The position numbers and the translations under genes were made by a program. A stretch of 64,000 nucleotides of DNA from an uncultured bacterium (lineage in GTDB: Bacteria; Hydrothermota; UBA3073; NMUJ01; CBEVQO01): positions 1 through 64,000 of the forward strand of contig CBEVQO010000004.1 of NCBI GenBank assembly GCA_965552055.1. Direction: 5' to 3'. Below the pieces are notes generated by a model. The model was not told the origin of the DNA. It made no database searches and was given only the letters and a program-made list of their open reading frames with translations. Shown here one piece after another: positions 17,692 to 27,338 of this stretch. Each line of letters begins with the position of its first letter. Position 1 is the stretch's first letter.

Positions 17692-20600
17692 TAGAATCTA
17701 ATCTTAAATTCAACTGCGGTTGTGAACTCTCCATTTTCATCTCTTTTTACAACAAACCTTCCTTTATCAAAAAGTCGATACACAGTATATATTTCGCTTT
17801 TTTCGATGGATAATGAAGTGATATCATAAGAGTATCCCATGTAAAGGTCTTTTGTGATATATTTTCCGATGTATATTTTTGCCGTTGGTTTCTCAAGTAT
17901 TTTTATCTCTTTCAATGTGAGTGCATCGAGTCCGAGTGCCTTTTCGACTGCAGTTAAGCTTTTGATTTTCGCGACACTGTATCTCAGCCATGCGTTAAAA
18001 GCTTTTTCACCTATCTGCTGTAATTGTGTCTCATCCTGCAGGATGTTTTGCAATTCTTCTGGTGTCATCTGTAATGTCAAGAGGGTGAGTATTTCTTCAA
18101 AAGTTCTTGGTTTTATAACAGAATAAGTGGAGAAAAGAGGTGCTGAAAATTTTCCTCCTATCATCAGATAAATTGTATCGGTGTCAGGTGAAAATATCGT
18201 TGTCCTTGCCAGTATCTCTATTTTGGGGTCAATGTTAATTGAACTTTCAAATATAAATTTTCCTTTCACTATTTCGAATTCCCTTGGTATAAACGGAATA
18301 TAAGCTTTTCCTCCTTTCTCAAGTTCTATTTTACCTGTTACAACTGGTCTATCTGTCAGTGTTTTTACTTTTATATCGGCGGATGCATCGCAATCTAACC
18401 ATCTATTTATGATTCTTATTGTTTTGTCTGCCTTTACAGTTAAATCCAATTTTAAAGGTATTTCCGCTGGAAGTGCACGCTGTGTACCGAAATCAGCAGT
18501 TATTATGGCAGAAATTATGTTTATCGCACCTGAAATCTCTGGATTCGAAATGGGTCCTTTTATCCTTAAATTAAACGCATTTTGAAACTTTACATCAATT
18601 CCACTGAGCGATAGAGATGAGGAAGATAATGTGATGTCAACACTATCTGGCTGATAAATTTTTCCAGATATTTTTAATGCACCTTTCTCTGTGAAGCACT
18701 GTGCCGAATCTATTTCGAGCACATTTCCTGAGCCCACCAGTTTGATATAGATGTTCTTTAATACCGTCTGTACATCCCTGAAGAGTATTCTATCTGCTGT
18801 GATTTCAATATCCCCATAGATTTCAGGTCTTTTGTAATCCCCCATTATTATTAGATTGGTGGATAAGAAGCCATTTTCTACATTTAAATGTTTTTCAACT
18901 GGTAATATATTCAGAGGAATCTTTTTCAGTATGCAATTGAGGTGCAATGTGTTTTCTAACAGCGAAACCGAGCCCGATAATTTTGAAATATCTTTACCGA
19001 AAATTTTTATTGACTTCAGAGAAAATAAACCACTATCGTATTCTACGATATAAAATAGTGAGTCAAATTTTTGTGTTTTATATTCAATGTTTCTCACTTT
19101 GCCTTTTAATATTAGATGAATGTTCTTTATTTTTCCGAAAAGATTTGCATCCATATCGAGTATACCTTTTATCTGGGGGTTAGCCTTCTGGAGCAAAAAG
19201 TTCCGGAGTTTTCCATAGAGAACGATATCTCCTTTTGAATATTTGCCTTTTACTTTTAACGGAAAATTATTTACCAAAAGTTGTGTTTCTTTGAGTTTTA
19301 GTTCTTCTTTATTCGCCATAACTGTTATTTCCTTTTCATTTTTTAAGTGCAGTCTTTTTGTTCGTATTTCCATTGTGTCTATTTTTATCATGTTTTTAAA
19401 AATTTCTCCCTTCATATTTGCAGAAATTCCTTCACCTTTAATAATCAGTGAAAATTTTTTCTCCCTGCTATTGTAATCTGCATATAGGGATGAGTATCTG
19501 AGTTTTGCTAATTCACCGCTATCTCCCTTTATTTTGATGTAGCCAAGCAAATTTTTAAAATCTTTAATTTCAAAGCTTAATTCTAATCTTTCGTTTTTGT
19601 TGGTACCAAGTTTTATATTGTTCAAGATAGCTTTGCCTTTTAAGATTGGTTTTTTTATATTTCCGTAAATTTTTATCCTTCCTGACATTATTCCTTTTGC
19701 ATTTTTATATAAGTTGCAGAGATTTATGCTGTCAGCACTTACTATGAGGTTAACGGTATCTTTTGAGATGTAGCCAGTTAGTTTTAATGGTTTTTTGAGC
19801 CTGCCGAGCCATAATTTTTCAGGATAGACAAAATTTTTCTCAATCTTGAAATTTGTTTTTAAATATTCAATTTTTACATTTAATATCCTGCCGGATAAAA
19901 CGATGTTTCCATCATATTTTTGGTTTATACCGCATAAATTCATTTTCAGATTAACCATTCCTTCTAATTGAGGGAATATTTTATGGAGATTTAATTTCTT
20001 TGAAAGTATGCTTATTTTTCTTGAAACCGTATCCATTTTAAATGTTATTTTTGCTCTGCCTATTTCTTTTCCTTTCAGTATTAAATTTTTTACGAAGATT
20101 TCGCCCTTTAGCATAGGTTTTTCTCTGTAATTTACCCTGATTTTGCCATTTGCTTTGCCGTGCACTTCTTTCATCATTTTATCAAGAGCTATGTTTTTTA
20201 TTTCGATATCGTATTTTGATTTTCCATAGTAATAAACTCCTTTTACAAAAATTCTACCACCGGCGAATTCGGAGATTAAAGTATCGATTTTGATTTTCCA
20301 TCTATCTTTTAAGAATTGAGCATCTAATTTTGCATTTTGCAGTATGCCTTCGAGGTTTTTAAATTCCCACTTTAAGTTTTTTGCATTCACAATAAATTTA
20401 CTGCCTTCGGGATTTAAAGAAGCTTTTCCTTTATTGATAAATAAATTGCCGTATTCATAAACCCTTGCATTTACATTAAATAAATTTATTTCTTTTACTT
20501 TAAATGGGAAATGAAAAGGAGAGGATTTTATGCCCCTTTTTAAGCGAATATTTATATTGTAAGCGGATACCTTTTGAATCTGTAAATTTTTTATTAAATT

Positions 20601-20819
20601 TAAGAGATTTGATTTTATAGCGATTGAATCTATTTTTATGAAATCCGCGTATTTCACATTTTTTATAAAAATTTTTGATAAATTCCCGTATATTCTATCA
20701 ATTTTTAAATTTGTTTTTCTTTCGATTACAAATTTGAGAATTTTTAAAGGTATGCTTGTTTTCACAATGATTATACCGATTAATAAAATCGCTCCTGTTA
20801 TGACCGCTATTTTTTTCAT
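17691..20819 (-). CDS. tamB: Translocation/assembly module TamB/AsmA-like protein
   Basis: About 1040 aa beta-rich protein, N-terminal anchor, C-terminal DP.I.I.A and IGKYITKDLY; follows an Omp85 gene. Confidence 0.7.
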   Translation of the reverse strand: MKKIAVITGAILLIGIIIVKTSIPLKILKFVIERKTNLKIDRIYGNLSKIFIKNVKYADFIKIDSIAIKSNLLNLIKNLQIQKVSAYNINIRLKRGIKSSPFHFPFKVKEINLFNVNARVYEYGNLFINKGKASLNPEGSKFIVNAKNLKWEFKNLEGILQNAKLDAQFLKDRWKIKIDTLISEFAGGRIFVKGVYYYGKSKYDIEIKNIALDKMMKEVHGKANGKIRVNYREKPMLKGEIFVKNLILKGKEIGRAKITFKMDTVSRKISILSKKLNLHKIFPQLEGMVNLKMNLCGINQKYDGNIVLSGRILNVKIEYLKTNFKIEKNFVYPEKLWLGRLKKPLKLTGYISKDTVNLIVSADSINLCNLYKNAKGIMSGRIKIYGNIKKPILKGKAILNNIKLGTNKNERLELSFEIKDFKNLLGYIKIKGDSGELAKLRYSSLYADYNSREKKFSLIIKGEGISANMKGEIFKNMIKIDTMEIRTKRLHLKNEKEITVMANKEELKLKETQLLVNNFPLKVKGKYSKGDIVLYGKLRNFLLQKANPQIKGILDMDANLFGKIKNIHLILKGKVRNIEYKTQKFDSLFYIVEYDSGLFSLKSIKIFGKDISKLSGSVSLLENTLHLNCILKKIPLNILPVEKHLNVENGFLSTNLIIMGDYKRPEIYGDIEITADRILFRDVQTVLKNIYIKLVGSGNVLEIDSAQCFTEKGALKISGKIYQPDSVDITLSSSSLSLSGIDVKFQNAFNLRIKGPISNPEISGAINIISAIITADFGTQRALPAEIPLKLDLTVKADKTIRIINRWLDCDASADIKVKTLTDRPVVTGKIELEKGGKAYIPFIPREFEIVKGKFIFESSINIDPKIEILARTTIFSPDTDTIYLMIGGKFSAPLFSTYSVIKPRTFEEILTLLTLQMTPEELQNILQDETQLQQIGEKAFNAWLRYSVAKIKSLTAVEKALGLDALTLKEIKILEKPTAKIYIGKYITKDLYMGYSYDITSLSIEKSEIYTVYRLFDKGRFVVKRDENGEFTTAVEFKIRF

Positions 20820-20820
20820 T

Positions 20821-22443
20821 TTAAAATTTATAACCAAGTTTAAAAGAAATACCTCCTTTACCTATTTCTGGATAAAGTTTGAATCCGTGATTTATGGAGA
20901 TGGGACCTATGGGTGTCATAAAATACATTCCCACTTGCGTACCCACTTTTACCACTTTTATTTTATCGAAAATTAATCCTCCGTCAAGTAATAATTCGCA
21001 ACCTAATCTTTTGAAAACAGGTATTCTTAATGATAAATTACCTACCATTATATTTTCGCCTTTTTCTCTTTTTTCAATAGGTTCATATAATTCATCTTTG
21101 AAGCCTGATATTGCGTCACTGCCTCCGAAGAAGAATTTTTCGATATCCGGTGGTACACCGGAGCATCTTCCCAGTTTTAATCTTAATCCCGTTACTATAT
21201 TTTTTATCGTTTTAAAATACAAATATGTGAGGGTTAGTTTCTGGAAATTCTCGGAATACATGTATGTGAAATGATACATATTACCGCGATGTGGCTCAAT
21301 GGGGTTATCTCTTGTATCCCAGTTAAAATAATAGGTTAATGAATTAAACGGCTGAAGAGTATCCGTCGTTCCCCTGATTATTTGATATTTGCCCTGTAAG
21401 CCTGTTTTGCACTTCTCTCCGATGTATTTCAATACTCCAAAAGTAAATTCACTGATAAATAAATAATATGTGAGGCTGTAAATTTTAAGCATTATTCCGA
21501 ATTCGCAATTTAAGGGTATTCCTTTTATGAAATTCTTTCTATAAATTATTTCCGATTTACTAATATACCATTTTTCCAGGTAGTTATATGAGAATTCTGT
21601 ATTTATCTTTGTTTTATCGCAAATTCTGAAGAGGTTGTCGTGACCTGCACCTGAATTTATCCACAGCCATGGTATTTTTTCTGCTGTCTTTACACCGAGT
21701 GCTAAACTTATCCATCTCGGGGACTTCGATTTTAAATGAAAAACGATGAGTAAAGTATCCTTTGAATTTTCATAGCTATAATCAATTTTCTCAAATATTC
21801 CGAGAGAATACAATTTGCGGAGAGATGTAAATATATCTTCTATTCTGAAAATATTCCCTTTCTTTATTTTTATCGATTTTTCGAGTAATTTCTTTTTTAC
21901 CACTGTATCACCTGATATTTTATATCCACCGAAATAGTATTTGCCTCCTTCTTTTATTTCAAAAATTACTCTTGCGAAATTTAATGTATCTTTTTTAATT
22001 TTGCTCGTGATTTGCACAAATGGATATCCATTATTAAGGTAAAATCCTATCAAATCCAGTCTTTTTGGCAGGATATATTTTTCTGCACAAACTTTTCCCA
22101 TTAATGGGTCTGTGAGCTTTGTGAGTGTATCTATAAATTCTTCGTGGACACCTATTAAGTCAACAAATGAGATGTAATATCTTTTTCCTTCAGATATATC
22201 GAATTCCACAATTGCGTGAATTGTATCTTCCTGTATTATTTTTGAAAATACTTCTACATCGAGGAATCCCTCTTTTTTATAAAGATTTTTAATCGCCATT
22301 CTATCGATTTCTATCTGTATTTTATCGAGCTCTTTGCCTTCTTTTGATTGTATAACACTTTTTATAAGATTTTCCTTTATCAATTCATTTCCGTGGATTT
22401 TTATCCCTGTAATGGTTGCTGTTATTAAGAAGATTAGTTTCAT
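20821..22443 (-). CDS. tamA: Omp85 family (TamA/BamA-like) outer-membrane protein with POTRA domains
   Basis: POTRA motifs (LYKKEGF, FYLNNGY, LYSLGIF), WDTRDN, FFFGG, TPIGPI, terminal LGYKF. Confidence 0.75.
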   Translation of the reverse strand: MKLIFLITATITGIKIHGNELIKENLIKSVIQSKEGKELDKIQIEIDRMAIKNLYKKEGFLDVEVFSKIIQEDTIHAIVEFDISEGKRYYISFVDLIGVHEEFIDTLTKLTDPLMGKVCAEKYILPKRLDLIGFYLNNGYPFVQITSKIKKDTLNFARVIFEIKEGGKYYFGGYKISGDTVVKKKLLEKSIKIKKGNIFRIEDIFTSLRKLYSLGIFEKIDYSYENSKDTLLIVFHLKSKSPRWISLALGVKTAEKIPWLWINSGAGHDNLFRICDKTKINTEFSYNYLEKWYISKSEIIYRKNFIKGIPLNCEFGIMLKIYSLTYYLFISEFTFGVLKYIGEKCKTGLQGKYQIIRGTTDTLQPFNSLTYYFNWDTRDNPIEPHRGNMYHFTYMYSENFQKLTLTYLYFKTIKNIVTGLRLKLGRCSGVPPDIEKFFFGGSDAISGFKDELYEPIEKREKGENIMVGNLSLRIPVFKRLGCELLLDGGLIFDKIKVVKVGTQVGMYFMTPIGPISINHGFKLYPEIGKGGISFKLGYKF

Positions 22444-23276
22444 CAGTAAATTTTTTTGATTTTTGCTTTTGGGAAATAAAATTTTAATATTTTTCTGTAA
22501 GAGTATCCCATTTCAGCCATTTTAATTGCGCCCCACTGGCACATGCCTGCTCCATGACCATAGCCCCTTCCTTTCACTATTATTTCTTTTCCTCTTACTT
22601 TTATCCTGAAAAGCGTACTTTTAAGTCCCAGTATGAATCTAAATTTTTCACCTGATATCTTTTTCTTTTCGCGATTTGTAAGTATTATTATTTCCTTTGC
22701 TCTTTTATTTTTATCTCTTTTTATGATTATTTTTTTGATTTTACCTTTAAGATTTAATTTTTTCTGCAATTCTTCTTTTTTTATTTTCTTTTCCCATCTG
22801 TAATATGGTGTTTTTCTACAGAATTTACAGTTTCCGCAGCATGCACTGTACATTGCTTTTAAAATTTTGCCATGTATTTTTAAAACTTTTCCTCTTGTTT
22901 CTTCTACTGCTTTTGTTGAGAGTGGATTTTCCACAGATGCACCTTTATAGACCTGGTCAAACTGGTCTGCTCTTACATCGTAGTATTTTGACCTTTTTGT
23001 AGCGAGTGCATAACTTCTTGCGACTATAGCCTGAGCTTTTAGAGCTTCTATTTTATCGGTATGCATCTCGGATGGCACAACACCTTTCAGATAATCTTCG
23101 ACATCCAAGATATTTATGCAAAGCCATTTTCCATCTTTCTTTATTATCTTTATTTCGCCACGATAAGGTCTGCCATTCACATATACAAAATTGCCTTTGT
23201 TTTTAACAACAGGTTTAGTAGTAGATTCCATTAGTAATACTTTAACGACTGGAATGCAGATTAAGAGAGCAATCAC
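22443..23276 (-). CDS. SpoIID/LytB-domain peptidoglycan lytic protein
   Basis: EDYLKGVVPSEM, EALKAQAIVARSY, QVYKG, GYGHGAGMCQWGA. Confidence 0.9.
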   Translation of the reverse strand: MIALLICIPVVKVLLMESTTKPVVKNKGNFVYVNGRPYRGEIKIIKKDGKWLCINILDVEDYLKGVVPSEMHTDKIEALKAQAIVARSYALATKRSKYYDVRADQFDQVYKGASVENPLSTKAVEETRGKVLKIHGKILKAMYSACCGNCKFCRKTPYYRWEKKIKKEELQKKLNLKGKIKKIIIKRDKNKRAKEIIILTNREKKKISGEKFRFILGLKSTLFRIKVRGKEIIVKGRGYGHGAGMCQWGAIKMAEMGYSYRKILKFYFPKAKIKKIY

Positions 23277-23479
23277 TCTTTTCTCCTATACAATATTCCG
23301 AAAGGAATAATCGCGCAGTAGCCGAGAACAAGTAGTATAGGAGCGATAACAGTAGAGCCAGCTGCTAGCAGTATGAAGCCGAGTGCGCATACTCCGAGAC
23401 CAATACCGATTATCCTGTAATTGTAGTCCTTTAATGGATATTTTATTTTTGCTTTTTTATATTTCTTCTCGCCTGCCAT
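23273..23479 (-). CDS. Small two-TM membrane protein (DUF3098-like)
   Basis: NYRIIGIG...GFILL...IAPILLVLGY. Confidence 0.6.
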   Translation of the reverse strand: MAGEKKYKKAKIKYPLKDYNYRIIGIGLGVCALGFILLAAGSTVIAPILLVLGYCAIIPFGILYRRKE

Positions 23480-24437
23480 TTTTCACCCTGTAAAATTTTA
23501 TTTTTATATTGCACGATGCAATTATGCCTTCCCTTGAATTTTTTTTCAAAAAGCTTTTTATCTTTTCCCTCGTATTTATGTTGCGGTCGTTCATTTTTTG
23601 CACGAGTTTTCCGACGATATATCCGAGATAGGAGAAGCTACCGGGTTCTTCCCCATAATAAATTTTATAATATAGTGAGAATTTTTTGTCTATAACGGGC
23701 TGGGTGAAGATAACGCCTTCTAAATATCTTTTATTTTCATTGAATAATTTTTCATCACCCCACTCTTTCAATCCGCAAATGATTGTATTTTCTGAAATAA
23801 CATCATAGAACCACAATTCGGGCGCTATTAATTCGATCTCTTTCTCTTCTGCTGGTATAAAGATTGCTTCCGGTTCGACATCTTTTATGTTAAGTAGATG
23901 ATCTTTAAAATTTGTGCATTCAGGTTCGTACCATTCTATTTTTAAAATTTCACCTTCATCTTCGAATTCATTTAAAAATGCTTTTACCGCAGTTTCTCCT
24001 TTTAAATTTTTAGGTGCCAGTATGGCTATATCCATTATTCCGAGGCTATCTAGCAAAAATCTTGCCAGTTTTTGTGCCTGGGTTTCAACGAGTGAAGGCA
24101 TGCGGAAAATATACTCACCTACTTCCGAGAGCCTTGGCTCAAGCGAAGTGGGTATAATTACGGGTATTTTATTTTCGTTTGCATAAATAGCGATGGAAAG
24201 AGAAGGTTTTGATAAAATATCACCGATTATTAAGAATACATTTCTATGATTAAGTGATTTTGCGCATGCCAGCGATATAAAAGGGTCTGCTTTTGAATCC
24301 ATTACAACATTTTCTATTTCGAGTGGGTCTGTAGCGATTGCAAAGCCCTTTAAAAATTGTCTCCCGAAAATGCCAAAATCTCCGCATAACGGCAGGATTA
24401 AACCAACTTTTAAATATGCCAGCAGTATCAAGAACAT
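23457..24437 (-). CDS. Periplasmic binding protein type 1 (LppC / branched-chain amino acid-binding-like)
   Basis: VGLILPL.G..G..G, IIG, YIFR, PEAIFIP. Confidence 0.7.
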   Translation of the reverse strand: MFLILLAYLKVGLILPLCGDFGIFGRQFLKGFAIATDPLEIENVVMDSKADPFISLACAKSLNHRNVFLIIGDILSKPSLSIAIYANENKIPVIIPTSLEPRLSEVGEYIFRMPSLVETQAQKLARFLLDSLGIMDIAILAPKNLKGETAVKAFLNEFEDEGEILKIEWYEPECTNFKDHLLNIKDVEPEAIFIPAEEKEIELIAPELWFYDVISENTIICGLKEWGDEKLFNENKRYLEGVIFTQPVIDKKFSLYYKIYYGEEPGSFSYLGYIVGKLVQKMNDRNINTREKIKSFLKKNSREGIIASCNIKIKFYRVKNGRREEI

Positions 24438-25204
24438 TTTTTAACCGCTATTTTCTTTATCTTTTGCTCATCTGCATCAATTATTTTTATTAAAAGATTA
24501 TCGATTTTTATTTCTTCTCCTTTTTTGGGTATCCTTTCTAAATGTTTCAATATAATTCCTGCGATTGTATTTACATCTGCTGATTTTAAATTTGTTTTAA
24601 AAATTTCGTTGAATGTATGCAATTCAATTTGTGCTTTCATTATGTATTCGCCGTCTTTTGTTAATCTAAATAATGGCTCCTTTTTATCGAATTCGTCTTT
24701 AACATCGCCTATTATTTCTTCGACGAGGTCCTCCAGTGTAACGAGTCCTGCTACTCCGCCGTAGTCATCCACCACTATTGCCATAGTTTGATGCTCTTCC
24801 TGTAATCTCCTTATTGCAGAAATTATGGGTGTATGTGCGGTTAAAAAGAGTGGCATGCGTATAACCTCAACTACTGGCGTATCAAGGGCATTTAGAAATC
24901 TAAATAAATCTTTGCAATGAAGTATTCCTATTATCGTATCCATATTTTTATAATAAACGGGAATCCTTGAGAAACCCTCTTTTAGATGAATATGTATTGC
25001 ATCCTTTACCCTTTTATCGTGTGCTATGCATACCATTTCGGTTCTCGGCACCATTATATCTTCGATTTCCTTTTGCCAGAGATTAATAACATTTTTTAAG
25101 AGCTTTTCTTCTTCCCCTGATATTATCTTTTCTGTCCTTGCTTCAATTATTGCGTTTTCCAAATCTTTTTGCGATTTTATCTTTTTTAATAATCTTCCCA
25201 ACAT
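24428..25204 (-). CDS. CBS-pair + CorC/HlyC domain protein (Mg/Co efflux family)
   Basis: IMVPR, FSRIPVY, VVDDYGGVAGLVTLEDLVEEIIGDVKDEFD. Confidence 0.85.
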   Translation of the reverse strand: MLGRLLKKIKSQKDLENAIIEARTEKIISGEEEKLLKNVINLWQKEIEDIMVPRTEMVCIAHDKRVKDAIHIHLKEGFSRIPVYYKNMDTIIGILHCKDLFRFLNALDTPVVEVIRMPLFLTAHTPIISAIRRLQEEHQTMAIVVDDYGGVAGLVTLEDLVEEIIGDVKDEFDKKEPLFRLTKDGEYIMKAQIELHTFNEIFKTNLKSADVNTIAGIILKHLERIPKKGEEIKIDNLLIKIIDADEQKIKKIAVKKCS

Positions 25205-25799
25205 TTTTCCTCTCAGGTAAAATTATTCCACCTGATACTATCAATCTGAAAGCTTCATCTATTGTGAAGTCTGTCTTTATAATCTGTTCCTTTGGGACAG
25301 CGATGTAAAATCCCGATGTCGGATTTGGAGAAGTAGGCACAAATACACTTATGCATTCATTTTTGCCATCAACATGGATTCCTTTCTCGCTCGTTACAAA
25401 GCCAATTGTGTAAATGCCTTTCCTCGGATATTCAAGGAATACAACTTCTTTAAACGCACTTCTATCCACAAAAATAGCATTTGTCAGTTTTTTCGCAGAT
25501 TCATAAATCGGTTTTAAAAGAGGTATATTTAAAAGAAAATTGTCAAATACATTTATAATTCTCCTACCAATGTAAGTTGATGCAAATAATCCTATTAAAT
25601 AGATTGCAAAAATTACAGCAAATAAGCCGATTAACTGGATGACAAATTCAGGAAGATTTTGAAGGTAAGGTAACTTTTGAAAATATTTCTCAAGTAAGCC
25701 TCCAACTTTTGAGATTAAAAACCATATTATAAAAACTGTAATAAAAAGAGGAATTACGATAACGAGTCCCGATAAAAATGCTTTTCTAAATTTCCTCAT
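25143..25799 (-). CDS. DUF502 family membrane protein
   Basis: IPLLKPIY, EYPRKG, VFVPTSPNPTSG, IVSGG. Confidence 0.85.
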   Translation of the reverse strand: MRKFRKAFLSGLVIVIPLFITVFIIWFLISKVGGLLEKYFQKLPYLQNLPEFVIQLIGLFAVIFAIYLIGLFASTYIGRRIINVFDNFLLNIPLLKPIYESAKKLTNAIFVDRSAFKEVVFLEYPRKGIYTIGFVTSEKGIHVDGKNECISVFVPTSPNPTSGFYIAVPKEQIIKTDFTIDEAFRLIVSGGIILPERKNVGKIIKKDKIAKRFGKRNN

Positions 25800-25804
25800 C
25801 AATA

Positions 25805-25831
25805 AAAATATGCAGAATATGACAAAGTCAA
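25805..25831 (-). promoter_or_regulatory. Putative promoter TTGACT-N15-TATTTT, 5 nt from ATG
   Basis: Read from the reverse complement of 25805-25831. Confidence 0.55.
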
Positions 25832-25879
25832 CTTAAAATTTTACTTGACTTTTCTGTAATTTTATTAATTCTTTTTCTG

Positions 25880-27337
25880 ATGATTAAAATCAAAAAAGAA
25901 GAAAAGAAAGTTCTTGAGATTTTAAGCGATAAAAAAGAGATAGGATTTAAGAAATTGATGGAATTAACAGGGCTTCATCCTTCGCTTTTGAATGCGATAC
26001 TCGTAAATTTTAAGGAAAAAGGATGGATTGAGATAAAAGAAAGAAAGTTTAAAGTTTATTCATTGAGAGAAGAAGGAGATAAGATTTTTAATCTATTTAA
26101 AGATGTTTTTGATAAAATGGGTGATTGTATAACATTTTCCGAGCTCAAAAAATTATGCGATGCCAAAGGAATACAGATTGGCACTTTTATTAAATGGACA
26201 ACAAAAAGAGGATTGTGCCAGAAGGTAGAAAATACTTTGACAAAAAAGGAGAAAAAGGAACCATTGCCTGAAGAAAAATTATTGAATATCTTAATGGAAA
26301 AAGATTTGCCCGGGGATAAAATAATTTCTTTGAAAGTAGAAGAAGGATTACATGGTTTGAAATTACTGAAAAATGTTTTAAAAGAAAAAGAACGCACCGA
26401 AAGGTTTATAAATATTACAGAAAAAGGCGAGAAAATACTGGAAGAAGAAATCGAGGTGATAGAAGAGGTCACACAATTAACTCCAGATTTGATTATTTCT
26501 GGTAAATGGAGAGAGGTTGTTTTCAAAGAATATGATGTTAAAGCAGGAGTGCAAGAGATATATCCCGGAAAATTACATCCTTTAACTGGTTTAATTCAGA
26601 AAATAAGGCGGATATTTCTTGAGATGGGCTTTAAGGAGATAAGGTCACCTTATGTTGAGCTTGCATTCTGGAACTTTGATGCGCTTTTCCAGCCACAAGA
26701 CCATCCTGCACGCGAGATGCACGATACATTTTATCTAAAAATGGAAAAAGGAAAGTTACCCGAAAAATTTGTCAAAAAAGTTAAAGAATTTCACGAAAAA
26801 TACTGGAAATATAAATGGTCGGAAGAAGAAGCGCAAAAATATTTGTTACGCACCCATACAACTGCCACCACCATAAGATATCTTGCAGAGCATCCTGTTC
26901 CTCCCCAAAAAGTTTTTTGTGTGGGAAGGGTGTTCCGCAGAGAAAAAGTTGATTATAAGCATTTGTGTGATTTTCATCACATCGATGGTATTGTGATAGA
27001 TGAAAATGTGAATCTCGCTACATTAATGGGTTTACTTTCTGAATTTTATAAGAAGATGGGCTTTAAAGATGTGCGTTTTCGACCGGCTTACTTTCCTTAT
27101 ACAGAACCGAGTGTTGAAGTTTTTGTTTATTTCGAGGAAAAGGGTGATTGGTTTGAGCTCGGTGGAGCAGGCATCTTTCGTCCAGAGGTTACACTGCCTT
27201 TTGGGTGCGAAGTGCCGGTGCTCGCATGGGGATTGGGTATCGAACGGCTCGCAATGTTGTTATTAAATCTCGAAGATATAAGAATGTTACAAAAACCGGA
27301 TATCGGTTGGATCAGGGAATTACCAGTGATAAAATAA
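25880..27337 (+). CDS. pheS: Phenylalanine-tRNA ligase alpha subunit, archaeal/eukaryotic type
   Basis: 485 aa with N-terminal wHTH-like extension; FWNFDALFQPQDHPAREMHDTFY, LRTHTT, FPYTEPS, WGLGIERL. Confidence 0.92.
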   Translation: MIKIKKEEKKVLEILSDKKEIGFKKLMELTGLHPSLLNAILVNFKEKGWIEIKERKFKVYSLREEGDKIFNLFKDVFDKMGDCITFSELKKLCDAKGIQIGTFIKWTTKRGLCQKVENTLTKKEKKEPLPEEKLLNILMEKDLPGDKIISLKVEEGLHGLKLLKNVLKEKERTERFINITEKGEKILEEEIEVIEEVTQLTPDLIISGKWREVVFKEYDVKAGVQEIYPGKLHPLTGLIQKIRRIFLEMGFKEIRSPYVELAFWNFDALFQPQDHPAREMHDTFYLKMEKGKLPEKFVKKVKEFHEKYWKYKWSEEEAQKYLLRTHTTATTIRYLAEHPVPPQKVFCVGRVFRREKVDYKHLCDFHHIDGIVIDENVNLATLMGLLSEFYKKMGFKDVRFRPAYFPYTEPSVEVFVYFEEKGDWFELGGAGIFRPEVTLPFGCEVPVLAWGLGIERLAMLLLNLEDIRMLQKPDIGWIRELPVIK

Positions 27338-27338
27338 A

